Positions 56,659 through 64,000 of a DNA stretch of 64,000 nucleotides are shown here, piece by piece (position 1 is the first letter of the stretch; each line of letters opens with the position of its first letter). The DNA is taken from positions 4,458 through 68,457 of the forward strand of contig JALOBE010000012.1 of assembly GCA_023228425.1 (NCBI GenBank), given 5' to 3'. This stretch comes from Syntrophales bacterium (GTDB lineage Bacteria > Desulfobacterota > Syntrophia > Syntrophales > UBA2210). The position numbers and the translations under genes were made by a program. Under the pieces are notes generated by a model. The model was not told the origin of the DNA, made no database searches, and was given only the letters and a program-made list of their open reading frames with translations.

Positions 56659-56666
56659 GTATCTAT

Positions 56667-56743
<77 letters not shown>

Positions 56744-56757
56744 ATATGTCTTAAAAA

Positions 56758-56785
56758 ATGATAGTATCATTGACGACTTCGTAAA
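56758..56785 (-). promoter_or_regulatory. sigma70-type promoter candidate for tRNA-Arg
   Basis: Minus strand: TTTACG (56785..56780), 16-nt spacer, TATCAT (56763..56758), 14 nt before the mature 5' end. Confidence 0.4.
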
Positions 56786-56929
56786 AAGTTGCCGGATGCC
56801 TGATCGCGCTCTATCACTCGTCACTGCGGCGTATCTCAATGTACGCCTCATCTCTCAGGATGCGCGCACCTTACCTCAAGGAGCTTTTTACAAAAGCCGC
56901 TATCAGACGTTTTCCACTTTTTACAAGTG
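56781..56929. repeat. cluster of three GTAAAAAG-core repeat units (one forward, two reverse)
   Basis: GTAAAAAGTTGCCGGATGCCTGATCGCG on + at 56781..56808. Reverse cores lie at 56881..56892 and 56914..56927. The 56896..56929 unit matches 31612..31647. Confidence 0.5.
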
Positions 56930-57079
56930 TATGATCATTGCCAGCTAGCACTAGCGTCTTTGGAAACCGGTGTCAAGATAAAACAAAATGCACTTCCTGC
57001 CTCTTCTATGACCGTATGAATGTACACAAAAAATATCACACTGCCTAAGAATAAAGCGATCCTCTACGCGTGGGCATAT

Positions 57080-60000
57080 TCAGCGAAAGCTTATCTTTAT
57101 ATTGTGATCGCGCTTGTCGTTTAATAACGGAATGCGACCGTCTTTTTGTATGTGTCCGTCAAAATATACCGCCGGTTTACTTCCTTCGGGGGCACGTTGC
57201 GCTTCAATCCTATAAAAATGTCCACAATATCTGTAATCAATACGGAAGAATCGCGGCGCGCTCTCCGGCAGGCGTGGTTTTAAAACTAAATAATCGGGGT
57301 GGCGTTCCAGCCCCAATAAGGTTTCCACAGCCAGGCGATACATCCAGCCTGCGGCGCCCGTGTACCAGCTCCATCCTCCGCGCCCCATGTGCGGCGGGGC
57401 TCCACAGATATCCGCCGACATTACGTAAGGCTCTACACGATAACGTGCCGTGGCTTCCGGCGTACGGATATGGTGTGCCGGATTGAGCAGGTTGAAAAGT
57501 GACCATGCGGTTTCATAATCGCCAAGCTCGGCAAAAGCCATTACTGTCCATATGGCCGCGTGCGTGTACTGCCCTCCATTTTCTCGAATGCCCGGCGGAT
57601 ATCTTTTGATATACCCAGGATCCGGCTCCATGTTCACGAAAGGGGGAGCAAGCAGAAGGATCAGGCCATCTTCAGGTTTAATCAGATGTTTGCGGACAGC
57701 CTCCAGGGCATGTCGTGTCCGCCGGGCTTCGCCCATACCGCTTAAAACCGCCCAGCTCTGGCTGATCGCGTCAATCTTGCACTCGTCATTGCTGACTGAA
57801 CCTAAGGGGCTGCCGTCGTCGAAATAGGCTCTGCGATACCACTTTCCGTCCCAGGCGGATTCTTCCACGCAGGCGCGAAGCTTCTCCCGCTGTTCCAGGC
57901 AAAGGGCGGCAAAGTCGGTGTCGCCTTTGAGCATAGCTATTTTTTCAAAGCGGCCAAGCGTGTCTCCTAAAAACCATGCCATCCATACGCTTTCACCTTT
58001 ACCTTCTATACCCACGCGATTCATTCCATCGTTCCAATCACCGCCGCCGATAAGGGGCAAACCGCGGGGCCCGTAAGAGAGACTTATGCGAATTGCACGA
58101 ACGCAATGCTCATACAGCGAAGCAGTTCCGGCTGGATGAAGATGCTGGTCAAAGCGGCTTTCCTCGCCGTCCGCAAGTGGCCTGCTTTCCAGGAAGGGAA
58201 TGTTTTCGTCCAGCACACCGGAATCACCCGTGGCCAGCACATAGCGGACGGTTGCTTGAACCAGCCATAACCTGTCATCGGTAATACGTGTGCGTACGCC
58301 TGCGCCGGCAGGAGGATGCCACCAATGCTGAACGTCCCCTTCAGGAAACTGTCTGGAAGCAGCCAAAAGTATCTGCTGCCGCAGAATTTCCGGAGCTGCG
58401 TGCAGCAGCGCCATGGCGTCTTGCAGCTGATCCCGGAAACCAAAAGCTCCGCCCGATTGATAATAGCCGCTGCGGCCCCACATGCGGCAGCCCAGTGTCT
58501 GATAAATGAGCCAGCCATTGACCATGACATTAAATGCCGGCTCGTTCGGGACTTCAACCTGAATGCCTCCCAGTACATTGTCCCAGTGCGTCCGAACCTC
58601 CTCCAAAGCGCTACGGGCGCCTGCGGGACGGCCGAACGTGCGGTATAGCCGGCGCGCTTCCTCCGCGTTCTCGGCCGAACCAAGGGTAAAAACAATTTCG
58701 CGCGTTTCGCCCGGGGCAAGCTCGCAAAAAGCCTGTAACACGGCCGCCGGATCGTAACGCGCGCCGCAGTGTCTCGACAGGTTCCGACGTAACAAGGCAG
58801 CCGGCTTCTTGAGGCTTCCATTTCTTCCGATGAACTCTGTACGATCGCCGCTGAGAAATACCTCTGCTTCGCTGCAGGAAGCAAAAGCTACACGTTGAGG
58901 GAAAACACGGTTATAAGGGTTTCGGGCAAGCAAAATTCCGGTCTGGCTGTCGGCTTCCGTATAAATATGCATAAGGTTGTCATGACGCCATTCACCGAGA
59001 ACCAGCTCATGGAAAGCAGAAAGCGAAACCCGGCGCCTTCTCGAAGACGTATTGCTCAGTTTTATCACGGCGCAACGCAATGGGGCTTCTATTGACGCGT
59101 AAATGCAAAGCTCAGTTTTAAGCCTTGCTTCATTATACTCAAAGACTGAGTAACCAAAGCCATGTCGGCAAACATAACCATTACGCCCCGGGCTGGGGCG
59201 GGGTGTCAGCGACCAGAACCTGCCGGTTTCTTCGTCACGCAGATAAAAAACTTCGCTGGTGGGGTCGCTTACCGGATCATTGTGCCACGTGGTCAGCCTG
59301 TACTCATGGGCATTGTCCACCCAGCTGTATATCGAACCGCTTTCGGAAAGTACCATGCCGAAGCGTTTGCCGGCGATGACATTTGACCAGGGCGCCGGAG
59401 TGGTCATACCGGGTTCTAACATGATGATGTATTCTTTCCCGTCCGTCGCGAACCCGGCCGGGCCGTTGACCAGGATTCTTTCCCTGTCTTCAAGCAGGCG
59501 GGGAGTTTCTTCCGTGTCCGGGCGGACAGGATTCAGCAGAGGTATTGGACGATGGGGCACGTACCTGCGTTCTACCTGCTCACGCAAATCCTCCGCGCCA
59601 TCCGTAAGAACTACCCGGGCCGCGCTTTGAAAGAGGACGTGGTCTTCTTCCGAAAGATTCTCCAGGCGCTTCAAAAAGATGCCGCCGGGCTTGTCCAGCA
59701 ACTCGGCGTTGAGGCTCGTGTTTATGGCCGATATGATGTTGTCGTTAAGAGTAGCCCGGTAGCCGGAAAAATCTTCGTTAAGAATAATAAGATCGGTTTT
59801 AAGGCCCTTGAGGCGCCAGTAAGCGTGGGCGCGCAAGGTATCGTTGACCAGATCCATGCGGCGGATATCTGATATGCGCAAGAGAACTATGGGAAGGTCA
59901 CCGGAAATGCCAAAACGCCACAGCCCCTGCTGGCCGAGGGTGTTGCGGGCCACAGCGGTCCATGGTGCGCGATTGCGCGGGTTGGCGTAAAATATTGAAC

Positions 60001-63000
60001 TGGCCAGGCGGCCGTAAACCTGAGCTTCCGTTTCGCTCGCGTTGAGCAGGCGCATGATAATTTGGCTGTGCGACCAGGCCATATCAAAGGCACGTTCGAC
60101 AAAATGACTGTCGCCGTATTTTTCGGCTAAGGACAGAGCCTCCTGGCGGGTCGAAGCGGCTCCACAGATCAGGTAAACCTGTAACGGTTCGTCATCGGTG
60201 AGCAGGACCGGCTGCCCTATGGCCGCCACCGGATCAACGACACAGCCGGCTGTGTTGCAAAGGGGAGCATGAATTCCTGCGGGGGATTCCATCGCCACCG
60301 GGTTGGCCGGGGTCCGGCCGCGTCCCAGGAAATGCGCTCTGTCCGACTCGCATGAAGCAGGTCCGTCTTGGCCGGTGGCGTAAAGTTTCTGGAAATACCA
60401 GACATCAGGTTCATGATCTTCACGTTTAAGACGGGTGAAAAGGAGGCCGTTTTCGCCCGGAAGAATCTCTGTCCGGACAAATAGGTTGTTAAATGCCCTG
60501 TGCGACAAATCTGCGGTATCAGCAGACAACACTATTTCAGAATAGGAAGTTAACTCCAGCCGCCGTTCGTTTCTCCCACGGTTGGTAAAAGTTATTCTGC
60601 GTACTTCCACATCGTCTTCCGGAGAAACACATATCTCGGTTTTTGTTTCAATATCAAAGTCCACGCGGCGGAATTCGGCGCGTCCCTGGGTAAAAACAGC
60701 CTCATAGTTTTTCCCGGCGCGGCAAACCGGTTGGTAGCTGTTGGACCAGATATCATTGCTTTCGATGTCACGGATGTAAAGAAACAAGCCCCAGTTGTCG
60801 CAGGTCACGTCCTCGCGCCAGCGGGTAAGGGCCAGGCTCTGCCAATGGCTGGAGCCGGCGCCTGCCTGGTTTATCATCACAAGATAATTACCATTGGAAA
60901 GCATATGTACTTCCGGCACAGGGGTGGCTGGAGTGTTAAAGCTGCGTATTGTGCTCTCTTCTTCACCTTCCAGCCTGGCCCTGGAGGCGGCTTCCTGCCT
61001 GTGTGGATGTATGCCGGGAGACACATCGGGAATTCGTTCCTGTAACAGCAACTCCGTGGCACGCACCGTCGGTTCCGACATGAAGCGGCGCACCATAGGC
61101 GCGTCCAGCAACAGGTGGGATAGCGCCATTAAACTCATGCCCTGATGGTGACACATATAACAACGGACAAGGGCATGCCTTTTATCACGCGGACTGCGAG
61201 AGGGTGTATAGTCAATTGCTTCGATCAGTCCATAGGGGCCGAGCACTCCTTCTATAGCTGCCAGACGCTCCAGGTTCGCACAGGCCTGCGCGGGCGCGAA
61301 AGGAATGGCCAGTAGTGTGGCATACGGGGCTACCACCAAGTCGTCTGATAAACCACGTTTAAGGCCAAGGCCCGGGACGCCGAAGGCTCTGTATTGGTAT
61401 ACATGTTTTGCATCAGTGGCATTGTAGCAAGATTCTGATATGCCCCAGGGAACGTTTCTTTGCCGTCCATACCGGATTTGGCGTTCAATGGCAGCCCGGC
61501 AGGTTTTATCCAATAAGGTCCCGCGGTAAGACTTCATAAAGAGCAACGGCATGAGATATTCGAACATGGAGCCGCTCCACGAAACCAAGGCTTCCACAGT
61601 TCCTCTCCGGGCCAGCAAACGCCCGAGAGCGAACCAATGCTCAGGCGGAGCCTGTTCTTCGGCTATGACCAGGAAGCTGGCAATACGTGATTCGGAAGCT
61701 AAAAGGTCATAACAAGAAGGATCCAGTCTGCGCGTCTCCACATCAAAACCAATACTCAAGAGTTCACGTCTTTCATTGTACAGAAAGTGGAAATCCATGC
61801 CTGCTTGCATTTGCCGGCAATGCTCGGCTAATTCTTCAATGTTTTTTATGAGCGCAGCAGCATTTACAGACGCTTTCTTCGGAGTTGATTCATCGTCATT
61901 GGTTTTGGCAAGTGCTCGCAATGTGATTTCTGTGGCACTTTCGTCAAACAGGGCTTCCGTGCTTTCCAGATGCATTTGACACATCCCGTGGAAAAACTTT
62001 GCCCAGCCGGGTGCATCTGAAAAGCGCTCGGAAGGGGCAAGGCTTGTCATTTCCCCGGCCAAAAGCAGCACGGAACGTAAGCGCTCTAAAACGCTCTGAG
62101 ATTCGTCGGGAACCCCCGCAAGCAGGAGTTTTGCCTTATCAATAAGATCGACAAAACCGGATGAACCTTCTTTTTCAGCTTTTACCGCCGCGATATCCAA
62201 AGCGTCGTTTAAGCCACTCCAAATTTGTTTTGGCAAGGCCGTATGGTTGCACAGTTCTTCCAGCCCGGCGTGCAAAACCAAAAGGCAAGCCGCCAGGTTC
62301 CCGCTGTCGACGCTGGAAATATAGCGGGGAGGCAAGGGTTTTAGTGCTCTGGTATCGTACCAGTTGTAAAAATGTCCCCGGTAGCGTTCCAGTTTTTCCA
62401 TACCATTGAGGGTCCGGCCAACTCTTTTAAGTAATTCATGTGTGGAGATGTAGCCGAAATCCCACGCGGCCAGGTATGAAGTTAAGGCAAATCCCATGTT
62501 GGTAGGCGAAGTACGGGAAGCGAGCATGGGTTCGGGTATTTCCTGAAAGTTGTCCGGAGGCAGATAAGTATCTTCCTCGGTGATAAATTTGTCAAAATAT
62601 CGCCAGGTGCGGCACGCCAGTTGATGCAGGCTCCTCCATTGTACCTGTGATAACTGAGGCGCCTTTTCCCTGACGGGCAGGCTGATTGCCCATGCACCAA
62701 AAGGCGCAAACATCCACAGAAGCACCACGGGGAAAGCTGCCGGCCAGGCTGTCGGCCTGAAAAAATATACCAAAACAATCGTCAGCACAGCCAGCACAGG
62801 GGAAATCCACATCTCCCGATAAAAGCCGCTCAATGTGTTTTGTTTGCCGAGTCTTCTATATAATGGCAGATGCCAAATCAGCAGTCCTCTGCGTGTGAAG
62901 GGCATTCGTAAAGCGGAGCGGGCGAAAGCACACAGGGACATCCACGCTTCGTAGGCCAGCGTGCTGATACCGAACAAAGCCAGCCCCAGATGACGCAGCA

Positions 63001-63586
63001 AAGTAGTTCCAGATTTTCTAACGTGTAAAAACAGATTTCGATGTTTTGGTTTCTGTATAAACAAGGAAAGAGAACGTGCGATGCCGCTTAGTCCAAATAC
63101 AGCCAGCGCAAAAATTGTCCAGTAATATGGGGAAACGGGGCTGATAATCCAAGCCAGGCAAAGGAGGAAAATCATAGCCGGCGCGAAAAGAGCGCGGCGT
63201 AAATTGTCAATTATCTTCCATTGCATCAGTGGCGACACAGGCTGACATGGGACACGCCTGCCTTTAAGTGATGGCGGGCATCGTCTCAGCCAGGGAGCTA
63301 TCTGCCAGTCACCTCTCATCCAGCGATGCTGGCGGCTTACTTCTCCAAGGTAGGAAGAGGGAGCGTCTTCATATAACTCGACATATCCCAAAAGACCCGA
63401 GCGGGCATAGCCGCTTTCAATCAGATCATGACTGAGAATGAGATTTTCCGGGAAGCGTTCATCCAGAGCCTGACGAAACGCGTCCACATCATATATGCCC
63501 TTGCCGACGAAAGATCCTTCGCTAAAAAGGTCCTGATAAACATCAGACACTTCGCGGGAATAAGGATCCAGTCCTGTCTCCCCCAT
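57080..63586 (-). CDS. cyclic beta-1,2-glucan synthase-like giant protein (end of GT84 domain, TM block, cyclase-like region, GH94 phosphorylase domain); 5'-truncated, possibly a pseudogene
   Basis: 2168-aa ORF. The N-terminus GLDPYSREVSDVYQDLFSEGSFVGKGIYDVDAF...LSHDLIESGYAR...QHRWMRGDWQ is the C-terminal part of the Cgs/ChvB/NdvB glycosyltransferase. Four TM helices follow. The C-terminal GH94 hallmark is GGGDWNDGMNRVG. The conserved sequence continues upstream of the ATG with no start codon. Confidence 0.8.
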   Translation of the reverse strand: MGETGLDPYSREVSDVYQDLFSEGSFVGKGIYDVDAFRQALDERFPENLILSHDLIESGYARSGLLGYVELYEDAPSSYLGEVSRQHRWMRGDWQIAPWLRRCPPSLKGRRVPCQPVSPLMQWKIIDNLRRALFAPAMIFLLCLAWIISPVSPYYWTIFALAVFGLSGIARSLSLFIQKPKHRNLFLHVRKSGTTLLRHLGLALFGISTLAYEAWMSLCAFARSALRMPFTRRGLLIWHLPLYRRLGKQNTLSGFYREMWISPVLAVLTIVLVYFFRPTAWPAAFPVVLLWMFAPFGAWAISLPVREKAPQLSQVQWRSLHQLACRTWRYFDKFITEEDTYLPPDNFQEIPEPMLASRTSPTNMGFALTSYLAAWDFGYISTHELLKRVGRTLNGMEKLERYRGHFYNWYDTRALKPLPPRYISSVDSGNLAACLLVLHAGLEELCNHTALPKQIWSGLNDALDIAAVKAEKEGSSGFVDLIDKAKLLLAGVPDESQSVLERLRSVLLLAGEMTSLAPSERFSDAPGWAKFFHGMCQMHLESTEALFDESATEITLRALAKTNDDESTPKKASVNAAALIKNIEELAEHCRQMQAGMDFHFLYNERRELLSIGFDVETRRLDPSCYDLLASESRIASFLVIAEEQAPPEHWFALGRLLARRGTVEALVSWSGSMFEYLMPLLFMKSYRGTLLDKTCRAAIERQIRYGRQRNVPWGISESCYNATDAKHVYQYRAFGVPGLGLKRGLSDDLVVAPYATLLAIPFAPAQACANLERLAAIEGVLGPYGLIEAIDYTPSRSPRDKRHALVRCYMCHHQGMSLMALSHLLLDAPMVRRFMSEPTVRATELLLQERIPDVSPGIHPHRQEAASRARLEGEEESTIRSFNTPATPVPEVHMLSNGNYLVMINQAGAGSSHWQSLALTRWREDVTCDNWGLFLYIRDIESNDIWSNSYQPVCRAGKNYEAVFTQGRAEFRRVDFDIETKTEICVSPEDDVEVRRITFTNRGRNERRLELTSYSEIVLSADTADLSHRAFNNLFVRTEILPGENGLLFTRLKREDHEPDVWYFQKLYATGQDGPASCESDRAHFLGRGRTPANPVAMESPAGIHAPLCNTAGCVVDPVAAIGQPVLLTDDEPLQVYLICGAASTRQEALSLAEKYGDSHFVERAFDMAWSHSQIIMRLLNASETEAQVYGRLASSIFYANPRNRAPWTAVARNTLGQQGLWRFGISGDLPIVLLRISDIRRMDLVNDTLRAHAYWRLKGLKTDLIILNEDFSGYRATLNDNIISAINTSLNAELLDKPGGIFLKRLENLSEEDHVLFQSAARVVLTDGAEDLREQVERRYVPHRPIPLLNPVRPDTEETPRLLEDRERILVNGPAGFATDGKEYIIMLEPGMTTPAPWSNVIAGKRFGMVLSESGSIYSWVDNAHEYRLTTWHNDPVSDPTSEVFYLRDEETGRFWSLTPRPSPGRNGYVCRHGFGYSVFEYNEARLKTELCIYASIEAPLRCAVIKLSNTSSRRRRVSLSAFHELVLGEWRHDNLMHIYTEADSQTGILLARNPYNRVFPQRVAFASCSEAEVFLSGDRTEFIGRNGSLKKPAALLRRNLSRHCGARYDPAAVLQAFCELAPGETREIVFTLGSAENAEEARRLYRTFGRPAGARSALEEVRTHWDNVLGGIQVEVPNEPAFNVMVNGWLIYQTLGCRMWGRSGYYQSGGAFGFRDQLQDAMALLHAAPEILRQQILLAASRQFPEGDVQHWWHPPAGAGVRTRITDDRLWLVQATVRYVLATGDSGVLDENIPFLESRPLADGEESRFDQHLHPAGTASLYEHCVRAIRISLSYGPRGLPLIGGGDWNDGMNRVGIEGKGESVWMAWFLGDTLGRFEKIAMLKGDTDFAALCLEQREKLRACVEESAWDGKWYRRAYFDDGSPLGSVSNDECKIDAISQSWAVLSGMGEARRTRHALEAVRKHLIKPEDGLILLLAPPFVNMEPDPGYIKRYPPGIRENGGQYTHAAIWTVMAFAELGDYETAWSLFNLLNPAHHIRTPEATARYRVEPYVMSADICGAPPHMGRGGWSWYTGAAGWMYRLAVETLLGLERHPDYLVLKPRLPESAPRFFRIDYRYCGHFYRIEAQRAPEGSKPAVYFDGHIQKDGRIPLLNDKRDHNIKISFR

Positions 63587-63721
63587 TGTCAGCCTGGAAA
63601 AAATACTATTCCGGGCGGCGCTTCGGCGAATTGATACTCGTGGCTGTAAGATGGCGTAACCTTCTGAGAACTTTGAACAATTTCTGCCTTCCCTGTTTCT
63701 CCCTTCGGGGCACTTTTTTCA

Positions 63722-64000
63722 GGATTCCGGAGGTTACTTTCTGCCGGAGTTCCGGACCGAAAGCGTTGTTACCGCTATGACACGACCCTTTTACATCCCG
63801 AATGACTCATTGGGAGTTCCCGTTTCTCTGTTTTTCCCTCTGCGGACGCACTACTCCCTTGTTTCATGCTGCCAGGACCCTGGTTCCCCTTTGAAGGTTG
63901 AAGGCAAATTGCCTGAAGAGGGCGTCGGTGGCATTTTTGGCGATGGTGGTAAACCGTGCCCTGGAAGCGTTGTTATGGAGATGGGTGATCCCGAAGTACT
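63722..64000 (-). mobile_element. terminal part of an IS5-family insertion sequence (continues beyond the window)
   Basis: Contains the transposase 3' end plus about 140 nt of non-coding terminus, and abuts the point where cgs homology stops. The boundary is approximate; no inverted repeat can be defined from one end. Confidence 0.5.
63864..64000 (-). CDS. DDE transposase (IS5-like), C-terminal 44 codons only
   Basis: Frame read by coordinates: YFGITHLHNNASRARFTTIAKNATDALFRQFAFNLQRGTRVLAA-TGA. The pattern FG..(x)..AR(Y/F)..(L/I).KN.........A.NL.R parallels the E. coli IS5 InsH tail [30 protein letters not shown], recalled from memory. Confidence 0.55.
   Translation of the reverse strand, partial: YFGITHLHNNASRARFTTIAKNATDALFRQFAFNLQRGTRVLAA

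Noticed and set aside
63587-63780. My first-pass translation of the region upstream of the cgs ATG (..EIVQSSQKVTPS..) seemed to resemble Cgs
   Set aside because: I had miscounted a T run (six T, not seven) and was in the wrong frame. Re-deriving codons by coordinate gave the real in-frame continuation (..SEGYAILQPRV..), which ends at TGA 63721..63719. The earlier similarity was spurious.

Overview
This is a 64-kb chromosomal segment of a Gram-negative bacterium. From gene content I infer a strict anaerobe, Desulfobacterota/Syntrophia-like: tungsten-type aldehyde:ferredoxin oxidoreductase, NIL-ferredoxin, four radical SAM enzymes, a sigma54 activator and lnt/ydbH/mltD envelope genes. Coding density is high, with about 57 protein genes, many joined by overlapping stop/start codons. 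Most are core housekeeping genes: proS-ispG-(GT2-like)-miaA; mtaB-rnc-(rSAM)-era-der; asd-rsmD-coaD-aminotransferase; the conserved rpsB-tsf-pyrH-frr-uppS-cdsA-dxr-rseP-tsaB-psd-pssA block; phoH-7TM_HD-ybeY; and (rSAM)-corC-lnt-prfB carrying the classical RF2 +1 frameshift. There is one tRNA-Arg(UCU). The less ordinary parts are these. (1) A translationally coupled pair of ~580-aa membrane-anchored GTPases has Asp instead of Gly in G3; it is followed by an orphan NtrC-type activator and faces a divergent, tightly coupled B12-rSAM/2-TM protein/M16/M16/M20 operon. (2) An AOR gene is coupled to an unusual class II aldolase-like protein. (3) A ydbH-ynbE-ydbL lipid-transport-type operon is present. 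(4) At the right end, a giant cyclic beta-1,2-glucan-synthase-like gene (GT84 remnant, TM block, GH94) has lost its 5' third and is replaced upstream by the end of an IS5-like element, in a region whose codon usage looks foreign. I saw no rRNA, CRISPR array, prophage or recognisable defence system. All calls come from reading the supplied translations and DNA by eye and from motif recall. No searches were run, so family names are hypotheses of varying strength.
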